Of a DNA stretch of 64,000 nucleotides, positions 20,373-31,632 are shown piece after piece (position 1 is the first letter of the stretch; each line of letters begins with the position of its first letter). The position numbers and the translations under genes are program-made. The DNA is taken from contig OMVX01000004.1 in the NCBI GenBank assembly GCA_900314605.1, positions 8,226 through 72,225 of the forward strand. The letters are read 5' to 3'. The notes beneath the pieces were generated by a model, which saw only the letters and a program-made list of their open reading frames with translations, was not told where the DNA came from and did no database searches. This stretch comes from an uncultured Methanobrevibacter sp. Lineage in GTDB: Archaea; Methanobacteriota; Methanobacteria; Methanobacteriales; Methanobacteriaceae.

Positions 20373-20780
20373 ATGATTATTATGTTTACTACTATTGTTA
20401 GTCCATTGTTTGCAGATTTAGATATTTTAGGCCATATTAATAATAATGTATTAGGATCATGGTTTGAACTTGGAAGAAATGATATTTTTAAAATTTTTAC
20501 TCCCGATTTAAACGCTAATTTTGAAAATTGGAAACTTATCATGTTAAAAACAGAGTATGAATTTTTAAATCAAATGTTTTTTGGCACAGATGTAGAAATA
20601 CGTACATATGTTTTTAGAATTGGTAATAAATCTTTTACTACCTACCATGAGGCATGGCAGAATAATATATTATGTGCTAAAGGTAAGGCTACAATGGTCC
20701 ATTATGATTTTATAAAACAAGAATCTATGACTATCCCAGATAATATACGAAAAGAATTAGAACAACATCTTATAGACTGA
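20373..20780 (+). CDS. Acyl-CoA thioesterase (4HBT/hotdog fold)
   Basis: FADLDILGHINN, IGNKSF, CAKGKATMVHYD. Confidence 0.88.
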   Translation: MIIMFTTIVSPLFADLDILGHINNNVLGSWFELGRNDIFKIFTPDLNANFENWKLIMLKTEYEFLNQMFFGTDVEIRTYVFRIGNKSFTTYHEAWQNNILCAKGKATMVHYDFIKQESMTIPDNIRKELEQHLID

Positions 20781-20911
20781 CAAATATCTAATCTTTTTGA
20801 ATATTTTAAATATTTTTTTATAATTTATTTTATAATAAGATAGATTTTTATTAATTTATTTAGTTTATATTTTATTTAATGATTATTTTATAATTTTTAT
20901 GAAAATTTCGG

Positions 20912-20966
20912 CGAAAGGTTTATATATTATAAAAACAATTTTTATATATCGGAATATGGTTTCCGA
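20912..20966 (+). promoter_or_regulatory. amt-glnK promoter with NrpR operator
   Basis: BRE-like CGAAAGG 20912-20918 + TATA TTTATATA 20919-20926; GGAA-N6-TTCC (GGAATATGGTTTCC) at 20951-20964 at the expected start site, extended by TC/GA; matches the known methanogen NrpR consensus. Confidence 0.85.
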
Positions 20967-21162
20967 CTTCCGACTATAATTTCAATATAAAATTTTAGTT
21001 TAGAAAAGTATTAATATAGATTTTAGTTTAAATCTCTTCCTTAATATAATAGTTAATCATTAAATCCTTTAATAAATTTATTAGATACTTAAAGTTTTCA
21101 ATAACTAAAATTTTATAACAGTCGGATTTTTAATATAATTTTAAATAATAGAGTCAGGTATT

Positions 21163-22371
21163 ATGGTTGTTTTAAGTCCAGGTGATACAGCATGGGTATT
21201 ATGTGCTACTGTTTTAGTACTTTTAATGAGTATACCCGGTATCGCTTTTTATTATTCTGGTTTAACAAAAAGTAAAAACGTTTTAAATACAATATATTTA
21301 GCATTTATAGCATTTGCTATTGGAAGTTTAATATGGGTAACTTATGGTTATTCATTTGTTTTTGGACAAAGTATTAGTGGAATTATAGCTTATCCAACTC
21401 ATTTACTATTAACAGGTATTGGAATTAACAGTTTATCTGGAACTATTCCAGAATATTTATTTATAATTTTCCAATTAACCTTTTGTGGTTTAACTGGTGC
21501 ACTTATTTCAGGTGCTGTTGTTGGAAGAATGAAAACATCAGCATGGGTAGTTTTTATAATTATATGGACTACCTTAGTATACATCCCTATTGCTCATTGG
21601 GTATGGGGTGGAGGTTGGTTAATGAATATGGGTGCACTAGATTTTGCAGGTGGTGCCGTTGTACATATGAACTCAGGTGCTTCCGCTCTTGCATTAGTAT
21701 TGGTTTTAGGTACTCGTAAAGATACAGCTCTTAGACCTCACCATTTAGGATACTCTGTACTTGGAGTAGGATTTTTATGGTTCGGATGGTTAGGTTTTAA
21801 TGGAGGTTCTGCTCTTGCAGCAAATGGTCTTGCAGCATCAGCAATTCTTGTAACTAATATTGCTGCTGTATCAGCATTAATTACATGGGTAATTCTTGAT
21901 AAAATTAAAGGAGGTAAACCTACTGTATTAGGAGCTATATCTGGTGGTGTAGCAGGTTTAGTTGCTATTACTCCCGCTGCAGGATATGTTGATACTCCAG
22001 CTGCTATTGCTATAGGATTTTCAACAGCATTAGTATCCTACTTTGCAATTTATTATCTTAAACCTAAACTAGGATATGATGATGCATTAGATGTATTTGG
22101 AATACATGGATTATCAGGTTTATGGGGTGCTATTGCAACAGGTATATTTGCAACACCTGCAATTAATGGAGTAGCAGGATTATTATATGGTAATCCTAAT
22201 CAATTAACTATACAAATAATTGCATCTATTGCAACTATGGTTTATGCATTTGTTGTTAGCTATATAATCGCAAGATTAATTAAAGCTACAATGGGTATGA
22301 AAGTTGATGAAAAAACAGAAGTTAAAGGATTAGATACTCAACTACATGAAGAATCAGGTTATAGGATTTAA
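21163..22371 (+). CDS. amtB: Ammonium transporter
   Basis: [49 protein letters not shown]. Confidence 0.96.
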   Translation: MVVLSPGDTAWVLCATVLVLLMSIPGIAFYYSGLTKSKNVLNTIYLAFIAFAIGSLIWVTYGYSFVFGQSISGIIAYPTHLLLTGIGINSLSGTIPEYLFIIFQLTFCGLTGALISGAVVGRMKTSAWVVFIIIWTTLVYIPIAHWVWGGGWLMNMGALDFAGGAVVHMNSGASALALVLVLGTRKDTALRPHHLGYSVLGVGFLWFGWLGFNGGSALAANGLAASAILVTNIAAVSALITWVILDKIKGGKPTVLGAISGGVAGLVAITPAAGYVDTPAAIAIGFSTALVSYFAIYYLKPKLGYDDALDVFGIHGLSGLWGAIATGIFATPAINGVAGLLYGNPNQLTIQIIASIATMVYAFVVSYIIARLIKATMGMKVDEKTEVKGLDTQLHEESGYRI

Positions 22372-22453
22372 TACCTTTAGAGTTTAACTATAATTAAAAA
22401 TAATTAATAGATTAATAGATAGATATTATATTAAGTTTTTTTGAGGTAAAAAA

Positions 22454-22792
22454 ATGAAAAGAATAATTGCTATTATTAGATCTGAAAAATATGAGGATGT
22501 CAAAAAAAATTTAGAATCTACAGGATGTAAAGGTATGACTATAACAGAAGTAAAGGGAAGAGGAAGTCAATTAGGTGTAAAAGAATCTTATAGAGGTTCA
22601 AGCTATTGTGTAGATCTTATTCCTAAAACACGTGTAGAGTTAGTTGTATTAGATAATCAGGTAGAAAATGTTATTGAAGCTATCTGTGAAGGAGGAAGAA
22701 CTGGAGAAATAGGTGATGGTAAAATATTTGTATCTTCAGTAGATGAAGTGGTAAGAATTAGAACCGGAGAAAGAGGTGAAGATGCAATTTAA
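22454..22792 (+). CDS. glnK: Nitrogen regulatory protein P-II (GlnK)
   Basis: GMTITEVKGRGSQ, T-loop YRGSSY, TGEIGDGKIFV, RIRTGERG. Confidence 0.95.
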   Translation: MKRIIAIIRSEKYEDVKKNLESTGCKGMTITEVKGRGSQLGVKESYRGSSYCVDLIPKTRVELVVLDNQVENVIEAICEGGRTGEIGDGKIFVSSVDEVVRIRTGERGEDAI

Positions 22793-22949
22793 TATATAAT
22801 TTTCTTAAAATTTATTATATTATTATTTTTTTTCTTTTTTTTTTAAAATTGAAAACTTTTTTTATTTTATTTGAATTTATTTTATTTTTTTCATTTTTTT
22901 TAATATGTCATAAAGCTTTATTTAAGATTTAAAAATTGTATCTAATTAT

Positions 22950-23639
22950 CTAATTATCTAATTCTAAATTATCGTCCATTAGATTCATATTTAATAACAT
23001 TTTCATAGTTTCAATATCTAATTGTCCTGGTGCTGTTACATCTCTTCCAACAGCAAAAGTTATAGGAGACTTAAATTTTGATGCCATAACTCTTGTATAT
23101 GATCCTAGTTCTCCCATTGAAATAGCAATAGTATCATTACATCTTGATAATACTGCAAGTACAACAAGTGTATCTTCTAATTTATTAGGAGTTACTGCAA
23201 CTTTAGCAATATTGCCTAAAGATTTCTCCTTATTAACTATATATATTAAATCACTAAGTTCTGGTGTTTTTTCAAAATCATGATAGGATATAATTGTTTT
23301 AACGCCAGTAGATTTTATTTTTTCAATATATTCATCATTGGTTTGAAGTTCAATATCAACATATTCAACATATGGTGCACAGGCAAGTAAAAGTTCTACA
23401 CGTTCATGTTCACTACCCTTAAATGAACCTCCTTCTTCTTTAATTCTACATGTAGCAATAAGGGGAAAATCTATTTCTTTAATAATTTCTATAAGAGTAT
23501 TTTTATTAGGATTTTCCATTGCATCTATTCTAAATTCTAGAATATCAGCACCTTTACGTATACAGTCTTTAGCTATTTCTATTACAGAATCTTTATCTTT
23601 TTGAGCAATAGGTATTGCAATTTTTGTTTGTGAATACAT
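22950..23639 (-). CDS. aroD: Type I 3-dehydroquinate dehydratase
   Basis: ADILEFRID, IATCR...EGG, YVDIEL, ISYHDFEKTP, AKVAV, ISMGELGSYTR, APGQ. Confidence 0.93.
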   Translation of the reverse strand: MYSQTKIAIPIAQKDKDSVIEIAKDCIRKGADILEFRIDAMENPNKNTLIEIIKEIDFPLIATCRIKEEGGSFKGSEHERVELLLACAPYVEYVDIELQTNDEYIEKIKSTGVKTIISYHDFEKTPELSDLIYIVNKEKSLGNIAKVAVTPNKLEDTLVVLAVLSRCNDTIAISMGELGSYTRVMASKFKSPITFAVGRDVTAPGQLDIETMKMLLNMNLMDDNLELDN

Positions 23640-23972
23640 TTTAAATCATATATATTTTTTGTTTAATTTTTTATTTTTCATTAATTTTATTCAAGTGGAA
23701 TCTAACTATATTATAATTATTATTTTATTTTTTATTAATAATATATTTTATATAAAAATTAGATTTTTAAATTTTAAATAAGATTAATAATTTAATAAAA
23801 TAATATTATTTTTCCAATAGCTTTTATTAAATTTTATAGAGAAAATCATTTATATTAAAAATTATTAATTTATATTAATTATCATAAATATTCTTAAATT
23901 AAATATTTTATTTGTAACTACCAATTATTATTTTTAAAATTAATTTATCAAATAGATTAAAAGGTGTCTTTA

Positions 23973-24698
23973 ATGAAACTTACCGTTTTTGGTGCAGATA
24001 TTTCTTCAAATGATGTTTCCTGCAGTCAATCTTTAATTAATAATATTAAAAAAGATATTCCTAAACTTGAAAAATTAGGAGCATATAAAGCTGCATTAAC
24101 AAATGTTACAGGAGATGATTTAGTTATATCTGCTTATGTTGAAAATGATTTATTGGAAGATATTAACAGAGAAATTATTCAAATAATGAAAGATAATGCT
24201 GAAAATTTAGGAGACCTTGAAGGTATTTCAGAAGATCCGGAAAATGCTGGTGAAGGTGTTTCATATGCTCTTGCAGAAGTAAATAGTGATGTATATCCGG
24301 ATAGTGTAATTTTACATTTTGATACTTATGGAGGTGAACCATTTGTAGAAGACGTTGCAAATGCAGCAATTTCTGCAGCTAGCTCAATGGATGGGGTTTA
24401 TGATATATGTTCTCCTGTAACAGGTAAAATACGTGAAATCCCGGGAGTTGGTTATGTTTCTAATGAAACAGATGACCCTGTTATTTGCGCTACAATAGAT
24501 GGTCTTGAATCTGTAGGAACAGTTTCATTTGCAATGATTGGTGCAGCACTTGCATCTAAAAATACTTATCTGGTTAAAAGCCAAACCTCATGTGATGTCA
24601 TTCCCGGTAGTGTTATTGTTTCAGCTAGTGCATTTATGAATGGAAATGTATTGGATTTAGCGGTTCCTTTTGAAAATAAAACACGTATTTTAAGATAA
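23973..24698 (+). CDS. Conserved hypothetical methanogen protein
   Basis: Long acidic ORF with normal codon usage; start reassigned to ATG 23973 downstream of AGGTG RBS. Confidence 0.6.
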   Translation: MKLTVFGADISSNDVSCSQSLINNIKKDIPKLEKLGAYKAALTNVTGDDLVISAYVENDLLEDINREIIQIMKDNAENLGDLEGISEDPENAGEGVSYALAEVNSDVYPDSVILHFDTYGGEPFVEDVANAAISAASSMDGVYDICSPVTGKIREIPGVGYVSNETDDPVICATIDGLESVGTVSFAMIGAALASKNTYLVKSQTSCDVIPGSVIVSASAFMNGNVLDLAVPFENKTRILR

Positions 24699-24717
24699 TA
24701 TTGACTAATTATTATTT

Positions 24718-24745
24718 AAGAGTTCATTAACTCTTTTTCTTTTTA
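24718..24745 (+). terminator. Hairpin plus T-tract terminator
   Basis: AAGAGTT-CATT-AACTCTT stem-loop followed by T-rich run, 20 bp after the stop. Confidence 0.5.
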
Positions 24746-25143
24746 TAAACATAATCATAAGATAATATATAAAAAAAATCTATTTATTGGAATCTAATTT
24801 TTTTCCAATTTTATAATATTTAAATTCACTTTTATATTTTTATTATGCTTTTATTATTAATTTATTTAAAATTCAGTTAATATGAGTTGGAGTATCATTT
24901 TATTTTTATAGTTATTGTATTTTTATGATTTTTTTAATTTTAATTCGCATTTTTTTAATATTTATAAAATTTTCATAAATAATAAATTTAGAAACTTTTA
25001 TTTAATAATATATTCAATATGTAATTATTAGATATTATTAATATTTTATAATAATCTTTAAAATTTGATTTTTAAATAAGGATTTTATTAATAAAGATAA
25101 ATTATTTAGATATAACTTAAAATAATCTTAAATGTGTGATAAT

Positions 25144-26010
25144 ATGATATTATTAGATAAAAATACCAAGGCGTTAGTACAAGGAATTACTGGTAAGCAA
25201 GGATCATTCCATACTAAACAAATGCTTGATTACAATACAAATATTGTTGCTGGAGTTACTCCAGGTAAAGGTGGTCAAGAGTTTGAAGGAGTACCAATTT
25301 TTAACTCTATTGAAGAAGCAAAAGAAAATGAGAATATTAATTCTTCAATAATCTTTGTACCAGCACCATTTGCAAAAGATGCAGCTTTTGAATCTATTAA
25401 ACATTTTGATTTAGTAGTCTTAATTACAGAACATATTCCAGTTCATGATACTATGGAACTAGTGGAATATGCTAAAAGAAAAAATACTACAGTTATCGGA
25501 CCTAATACTCCAGGGATTATTACACCAGGGGTAGGTAAATTAGGTATTATGCCTACTCATATTTTTAAAGAAGGTAATGTTGGTTTAATCTCTCGTAGTG
25601 GAACATTAACCTATGAGGTTGCAAGTCAACTTTCAAGAGCAGATTTAGGTCAAAGTACCTGTGTAGGTATTGGTGGAGACCCAGTTATAGGTACAAATTA
25701 TATTAATTTATTAGAAAGATATGAAGAAGATGATGATACTGATGCAGTTGTTTTAATTGGTGAGATAGGAGGTAATGCTGAAGAAAAAGCGGCTGAATTT
25801 ATTAAAGATAATATGTCTAAACCTGTAGTTTCATATATTGCAGGTCGTACAGCACCTCCTGGAAAAAGAATGGGACATGCAGGGGCAATTATAGATGGTG
25901 CAAATGGAACTGCTAAAACCAAAATTGAAGTTTTTGAAAAATCTGGAGTTCATGTAGCTAAAAAACCTTCTGAACTAGTTGATTTGCTAAAAAATCATGG
26001 TATTAAATAA
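25144..26010 (+). CDS. sucD: Succinyl-CoA synthetase subunit alpha
   Basis: [44 protein letters not shown] (phospho-His); start 25144 preferred. Confidence 0.96.
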   Translation: MILLDKNTKALVQGITGKQGSFHTKQMLDYNTNIVAGVTPGKGGQEFEGVPIFNSIEEAKENENINSSIIFVPAPFAKDAAFESIKHFDLVVLITEHIPVHDTMELVEYAKRKNTTVIGPNTPGIITPGVGKLGIMPTHIFKEGNVGLISRSGTLTYEVASQLSRADLGQSTCVGIGGDPVIGTNYINLLERYEEDDDTDAVVLIGEIGGNAEEKAAEFIKDNMSKPVVSYIAGRTAPPGKRMGHAGAIIDGANGTAKTKIEVFEKSGVHVAKKPSELVDLLKNHGIK

Positions 26011-26028
26011 TTATCAGTGTGTGATTTT

Positions 26029-27231
26029 ATGGATAAATCTGAAATAATTAATAAATTACTTAATGGTGAGATTAAATTATATCAAATAGAACAGTTTACT
26101 GATACTATAGATGAAGCTATTACCGTAAGACGAGAATTTATAGAAAAATATTCAGATACTAGTTTAGAAAATATTTCTCATTATACTCTTGATATGGATA
26201 ATGCATTTAAGAAAAATATTGAAAATCCTATTGGTGCAGTTCAAATTCCTATAGGTGTTGCAGGGCCTTTAGATATTAATGGTGAGGAAGATAAAAAAGA
26301 GTACTATGTTCCTCTTGCAACCTCAGAAGGTGCACTTCTTGCATCTGTAAATAGAGGATGCTCAGCTATTAAAGCTTCAGGTGGAGTAAATGCTAGAGTA
26401 ATTGATGATAAAATGACAAGGGCTCCTGTTATAAAAGCAAATTCTTCTATTGAAGCCTTAAAAGTTAAACAATGGTTTGAAGATAATTTTTCCAACTTAA
26501 AATCAATTGCAGAATCCACAACTTCTCATGGCAAATTAATTAAAATAGACCCTATCTTTGTTATTGGGGATTATATTTATCCTAGATTTGTATACTCTAC
26601 TGGAGATAGTATGGGTATGAATATGGTTACGATTGCTACTGAAAAAATATTAGAAAAAATGAGTGAAGAAACTGATGCTGTTCATATTGCATTAAGTGGG
26701 AATGTATGTGTAGATAAAAAACCTGCAGCAATTAATATTGTAGAGGGAAGAGGTAAAACACTTATTGCAGATATATTAATTCCTAAGGAAGTTGTTGAAA
26801 AAAAATTAAAAACAACTGCTAAAGCAATTTGTGAAGTAAACACTGCTAAAAATCTTATAGGATCTGCCACTGCAGGTAGTTTAGCATATAATGCTCATTT
26901 TGCAAATATGGTAGCTGCAATATTTTTAGCTACAGGTCAAGATTTAGCTCATGTAAGTGAAGGCTCACTTGGTATTACTACAGCTGAAGATAGAGATGGA
27001 GATTTATATTTTTCAGTTAATATGCCAGATGTTCCTATAGCAACAGTTGGTGGAGGAACTTCTCTTGAAACTGCTAGTGAGGGCCTTAATATTTTAGGTG
27101 TAAAAGGTAATGGTGGAGCTCGTAGATTTGGAGAAATTGTTATATCTACAGTTCTTGCTGGAGAATTATCATTAGTAGGAGCACTTGCAGCAGGACACCT
27201 TGCAAGAGCACATCAACAGCTTGGTAGATAA
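26029..27231 (+). CDS. hmgA: Hydroxymethylglutaryl-CoA reductase (NADPH), class I
   Basis: ENPIG, PLATSEGAL, TGDSMGMNMV, SGNVCVDKK, GQDLAHV, VGGGT; start 26029 preferred. Confidence 0.96.
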   Translation: MDKSEIINKLLNGEIKLYQIEQFTDTIDEAITVRREFIEKYSDTSLENISHYTLDMDNAFKKNIENPIGAVQIPIGVAGPLDINGEEDKKEYYVPLATSEGALLASVNRGCSAIKASGGVNARVIDDKMTRAPVIKANSSIEALKVKQWFEDNFSNLKSIAESTTSHGKLIKIDPIFVIGDYIYPRFVYSTGDSMGMNMVTIATEKILEKMSEETDAVHIALSGNVCVDKKPAAINIVEGRGKTLIADILIPKEVVEKKLKTTAKAICEVNTAKNLIGSATAGSLAYNAHFANMVAAIFLATGQDLAHVSEGSLGITTAEDRDGDLYFSVNMPDVPIATVGGGTSLETASEGLNILGVKGNGGARRFGEIVISTVLAGELSLVGALAAGHLARAHQQLGR

Positions 27232-27286
27232 TTTTTATTATTTTTTTATTTTAACTTCTTTTTTTTAATTATTATTATGGGATAAA

Positions 27287-27550
27287 ATGACATATAAAGA
27301 AGATTTATCTGATGAATTTGATTTAGAATATCCTGAAATAGAACTAGAAACTGATGATTTAAAACTAATTATCACCTTAAAAAAGGACTATTCTAAGGAA
27401 AAAAATTTAAAATTAAGAAAAAAACAATTTTTTAATGATCTTGAAAGTTTTATAGAAGAATTTCGAGAAACACCTGAATCTAATGACTTAATGTTATATT
27501 ATGATTTAGAAAACTTTGAAAAATCCTTAAGTGAAGATGAAAAAGAATAA
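27287..27550 (+). CDS. Hypothetical acidic protein
   Basis: 87-aa ORF with RBS-like GGGA upstream. Confidence 0.6.
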   Translation: MTYKEDLSDEFDLEYPEIELETDDLKLIITLKKDYSKEKNLKLRKKQFFNDLESFIEEFRETPESNDLMLYYDLENFEKSLSEDEKE

Positions 27551-27789
27551 TAGATTTACTGATACTCATTTTAATTTTATTATTATTCTATATTTTATTT
27601 CTATCATAATGGATAGATTAAAAATTAATTTTTATAAAATTTAAGATATTTTCAATTATCTATTTTATGGAATAATTTTTTTAATTTGTTAAAAATATTA
27701 TAAAAATTATAAAATTTATATAAATTATTTAATGATATGTTTAAATATTATCCATAATTTATAAATAATATTAACTTTATACTAATATT

Positions 27790-28314
27790 ATGAAAACTGT
27801 AGCTATTGTTGGAAGTCCAAGAAAAGAAGGTAACTGTGATTTACTTGTTAAAGCCTTATGTGATAAGGTTGATGGTGATGTTGAATCATTCTTTTTAAAT
27901 GATTTAGATGTTAGATTCTGTGATGCATGTCTTTCTTGTCAGGAAGGGGACTGTATTAAAGATGATGATATAAGAAAAATTATGGATAAAATCCTTGAAG
28001 CAGATTTATTGATTTTATCTTCACCTATTTATTATGGTCAAATTACAGCTCAATTAAAAACTTTAATTGATAGATTTTATCAGGTTTCAAGAAATCCTAA
28101 TAAAAGTCTTGAAGGGATTAAAGTTATTGAAGTGATTACTCAAGCTAATCCTACTGATATTTATGATGATTACATTGACTTTTTAAATAAAACAGCAATT
28201 GAATTTGTTGGTATGGAAGTTATAAAAACCATATTTGCAAAAGGTGCAGCTGATAAAGGTCAAGGTATTGATAATGCATTAGAGGAAATTGAAAATTTTG
28301 AAATAAAAATATAA
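27790..28314 (+). CDS. Iron-sulfur flavoprotein / NADPH-dependent FMN reductase family
   Basis: GSPRKEGN, CDACLSC...C cluster motif, SPIYYG...LKTLIDR. Confidence 0.88.
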   Translation: MKTVAIVGSPRKEGNCDLLVKALCDKVDGDVESFFLNDLDVRFCDACLSCQEGDCIKDDDIRKIMDKILEADLLILSSPIYYGQITAQLKTLIDRFYQVSRNPNKSLEGIKVIEVITQANPTDIYDDYIDFLNKTAIEFVGMEVIKTIFAKGAADKGQGIDNALEEIENFEIKI

Positions 28315-28545
28315 TGTTTTTTTATTTTTTGATTTCTTTTTTTTATTAATCTGCTAATTTTTATTTTTTTTTTTTTTTATTTATTTAAATTATCAGCTAT
28401 TTTTTAATTTAATTATACTTATCTCTTTTTTTTATTTTTATAAGAAATTTTAATTTATTAACTAGTTTTAAGTATATATATTAATTTAATTTAGTTATTC
28501 TATTATTTTTAATTAAATCCTTTTTCAACATAATCTTTATATAGG

Positions 28546-28605
28546 ATGTAATATAATTTTAACATATGTAACATAATTTTAACATATGTAACATAATTTT
28601 TACAA
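28546..28605. repeat. Three tandem 20-bp repeats (ATGTAACATAATTTTAACAT), operator-like
   Basis: Units at 28546-28565, 28566-28585, 28586-28605; each has dyad ends ATGT...ACAT; lie between a TATA (about 28536-28543) and the HTH gene. Confidence 0.85.
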
Positions 28606-28639
28606 AAGTTAATATTTTTTTTTTACATAGGAGGGTTCC

Positions 28640-28843
28640 ATGAAAAATAATATAAAATTATTAAGACTAAAAATTGGTTTAAACCAACAGGAACTTGCAA
28701 AGTTATCGGGTGTTACACGCCAAACTATTGGTGCTTTAGAAAACAATAAATATAACCCGTCCCTTTTACTAGCATATAAAATAACTAAAATATTAAAATG
28801 TGAAAGAATAGAAGATGTTTTTATTTTTAAAGAAGGAGAGTAA
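28640..28843 (+). CDS. XRE/Cro-family helix-turn-helix regulator (COG1476-like)
   Basis: [29 protein letters not shown]; RBS GGAGG. Confidence 0.92.
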   Translation: MKNNIKLLRLKIGLNQQELAKLSGVTRQTIGALENNKYNPSLLLAYKITKILKCERIEDVFIFKEGE

Positions 28844-28847
28844 TAAG

Positions 28848-29561
28848 ATGATTTTAAATATTTATAAAGATTCGTTTGAATATTCCGCTCAAAAACCTAG
28901 TTCTTTAATTAAATTAGGTATAATTAATTGTTTATTTTTCCTAGTATTTCCAATATTTTTACAATTAGGCTATGTATATAGAATTAATAAAATAGCTGTA
29001 AATGGTATGATAGAAGGTAATGATCAATTAGCAGATTTCAGTGATTTAATATCAATGTTTGTTGATGGATTAAAAGTATTTTTAGTTTATATAATATATT
29101 TAATTATTCCATTTTTAATTTTAATATTATCATTATTCTTAGCAGCATATTCTCCAATTGCTCTTTTAGGTATTTTCATTGCTTTAATTTTAGCTATAAT
29201 TGCATATTTTTTAGCTTTAATTGCTATACCTCATATGGCTAAATGTGATGATAACTTTAAATCTGCTTTTGATGTAAAAGAATTGTTTAAAATACTAAGG
29301 TCTATTTCTATACTTAGATTTATCCTATTTTATATTGGATTAATGATTATAAATTCATTTATTTTTAGTATAGCATTAAGTGTATTATTCTTTGTATTTT
29401 CATTTTTAGGTATAGGTATGTCATTTTTAAATCCATATGTTGGTGGTGGAGTGTTCTTTGTTGGATTAATATTATCAGGTATAATTCTTGGATTTTTAGT
29501 AACACCATACCTATCTATATTTAATTCTAGAGCTGTAGGTTTAATATATAATTTAAGATAA
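28848..29561 (+). CDS. DUF4013 family membrane protein
   Basis: YKDSFEYS, LGYVYRI, DFSDLISMFVDGLK, multi-TM; start reassigned to 28848. Confidence 0.8.
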   Translation: MILNIYKDSFEYSAQKPSSLIKLGIINCLFFLVFPIFLQLGYVYRINKIAVNGMIEGNDQLADFSDLISMFVDGLKVFLVYIIYLIIPFLILILSLFLAAYSPIALLGIFIALILAIIAYFLALIAIPHMAKCDDNFKSAFDVKELFKILRSISILRFILFYIGLMIINSFIFSIALSVLFFVFSFLGIGMSFLNPYVGGGVFFVGLILSGIILGFLVTPYLSIFNSRAVGLIYNLR

Positions 29562-29604
29562 AAACCTACTTTTTATTTTTTTCAAATATTATTAGGGTGA
29601 TAAA

Positions 29605-30381
29605 ATGGCTGCAATAACAGCAAATTTAAAAGAAGGATTAAAATATCCATTATTAGATAATAAAAAATTTTTAATCGTTTATGTATTAAATTTATTAATA
29701 TTTGCATTGATAATTTTATCAAATTATAAAATTATTTTAAATTTTTCTAATTTACAAAATCCTGTAATTACAATTAATACAATTTTAAGTTTAATCTCTC
29801 CAGAGGTAATACTTGGTATAATTGCTTCAATAATAATTTCTATTATTTTAAAAGGTTATTCTTATAAACTTATCCAATCTGGTATAAATCATTCTAAAGA
29901 ATTACCTGATTTTAATATTGATCTTATTGTTTTAGCTTTCAAGTTAATAATAGTAGATTTTGTCTATGCTATTATTCCCATATTATTTTTAATATTAGGA
30001 AGTAATAATTCAGCTTTACTTTCAATTGGATATATTTTATTCATTATTTTAGGTTTAATTTGTATTATAGCAGAAGCTCATGTGGTTAATACAGGTAATT
30101 TAAAATGTGCTTTTGAATTTGGTGATATATTTGAATTAATTCAATCATTTGGAATATTAAATTATATTGGAGCATATATTTTCTATGAATTTACTTATAT
30201 AATTATTTCATTTGTTTTAGCAATATTGCTTTTAATATTAATTTTTATATTAATTCCTTTTGGAATTTTAACATTATTAATTGTTTCAATTCTTACTTTA
30301 AGTCTTTTATCTACATTCATATTAATTTCTAAATATTATGTTTATGGTACATTATATGATTTAATGAATAAAAGCGAATAA
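29605..30381 (+). CDS. DUF4013 family membrane protein (second paralogue)
   Basis: LKEGLKYP, GYSYKLI...ELPDF, CAFEF, multi-TM. Confidence 0.75.
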   Translation: MAAITANLKEGLKYPLLDNKKFLIVYVLNLLIFALIILSNYKIILNFSNLQNPVITINTILSLISPEVILGIIASIIISIILKGYSYKLIQSGINHSKELPDFNIDLIVLAFKLIIVDFVYAIIPILFLILGSNNSALLSIGYILFIILGLICIIAEAHVVNTGNLKCAFEFGDIFELIQSFGILNYIGAYIFYEFTYIIISFVLAILLLILIFILIPFGILTLLIVSILTLSLLSTFILISKYYVYGTLYDLMNKSE

Positions 30382-30648
30382 TCATCAATTTTCTTTTATT
30401 TAATTTTTTTTATTTTCTTTTTTTATTTTCACAAAAATAGAATTATACTAATTTTAGAAAATAGTAATCAATAGTTTATAAAAAAATAATATTGATGGTA
30501 TTTTTATTTTATTAATATAAATTCAACAAATTTTTTAACTATGTATTTTTAATATATGGTAAATATTATTAATTTAATTAATTAAAGTATATATTTAATT
30601 AAAGCTAATTTTTAAATAATTTATTTAAATCTAAAGTTTGGCTATAGT

Positions 30649-31632
30649 ATGAAGTGGAATATAGGTAATGTTAAGATTACTAATCAAATTGTTTTAGCGC
30701 CCATGGCAGGAATATGTGATTTAACATTCAGGAATATTATAAAATCTATGGGATGTGGATTAATCTGTGGAGAAATGTTTTCAAGTAATGCTATAGCACA
30801 TAATGATAATAATTCAATTAAACTTTTAAAAATTAATAATTATCAAAAACCTGTATCCCAGCAAATCTTTGGTTCAGAGGTTAAATATTTTAAAATAGCT
30901 GCAAAATATGTTTATGAAAATATGAAACCTGATATAATAGATATTAATATGGGTTGTCCAGTTCCAAAAGTTGCAGTAAAATCAAATGCTGGATGTGCTT
31001 TATTAAAAAATCCAGAAAAAGCTTATGAGATTACTAAGGCTTTGGTTGATATTATGCCTATTCCTATAACTGTTAAAATAAGAAGTGGATGGGATAAAGA
31101 TCATATTAATCCTATTGAAATTTCAAGAATTGTTGAAAAAGCCGGTGCATCAGCAATAACAGTTCACCCACGGGATAGAACTCAAGCATATTCAGGTCAG
31201 GCAGATTGGGATATAATCAAACAGGTTAAAGAAGAAACAGACATTCCTGTAATTGGTAATGGTGATGTTAAATCTTGTTATGATGCAAAAGCTATGTTAG
31301 ACCATACAGGATGTGATGCTGTAATGATTGGAAGAGGTGTACTTGGTAATCCATGGCTTATTAGTCAATGTATTAATTATCTGGATAATAATATTAAACC
31401 TAAAGATATAGGCCTTAATCAAAAGGTTGAAATGATTAAAAAACATACTGAACTATTATTAGAGAATATGCCTGAGGAGATTGCAATCAAAAGAATGAGA
31501 TCTCATGTAGCATATTACCTTAAAGGATACCATAGAAGTGTAGATTTTAAACCTAAAATATTTAAAACTCATACAAAAAAAGAATTATTTGATTTAATAG
31601 ATGAATATTATGAATTTCTAATAAATTTATAG
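30649..31632 (+). CDS. dusB: tRNA-dihydrouridine synthase (DusB-like)
   Basis: LAPMAG, QIFGS, DINMGCP, TVKIRSGWD, VHPR, PVIGNGD, VMIGRG..GNPW. Confidence 0.9.
   Translation: MKWNIGNVKITNQIVLAPMAGICDLTFRNIIKSMGCGLICGEMFSSNAIAHNDNNSIKLLKINNYQKPVSQQIFGSEVKYFKIAAKYVYENMKPDIIDINMGCPVPKVAVKSNAGCALLKNPEKAYEITKALVDIMPIPITVKIRSGWDKDHINPIEISRIVEKAGASAITVHPRDRTQAYSGQADWDIIKQVKEETDIPVIGNGDVKSCYDAKAMLDHTGCDAVMIGRGVLGNPWLISQCINYLDNNIKPKDIGLNQKVEMIKKHTELLLENMPEEIAIKRMRSHVAYYLKGYHRSVDFKPKIFKTHTKKELFDLIDEYYEFLINL

Noticed and set aside
28546-28605. Possible mini CRISPR array
   Set aside because: Repeats are head-to-tail with no spacers, only 20 bp long, and no cas genes are nearby.
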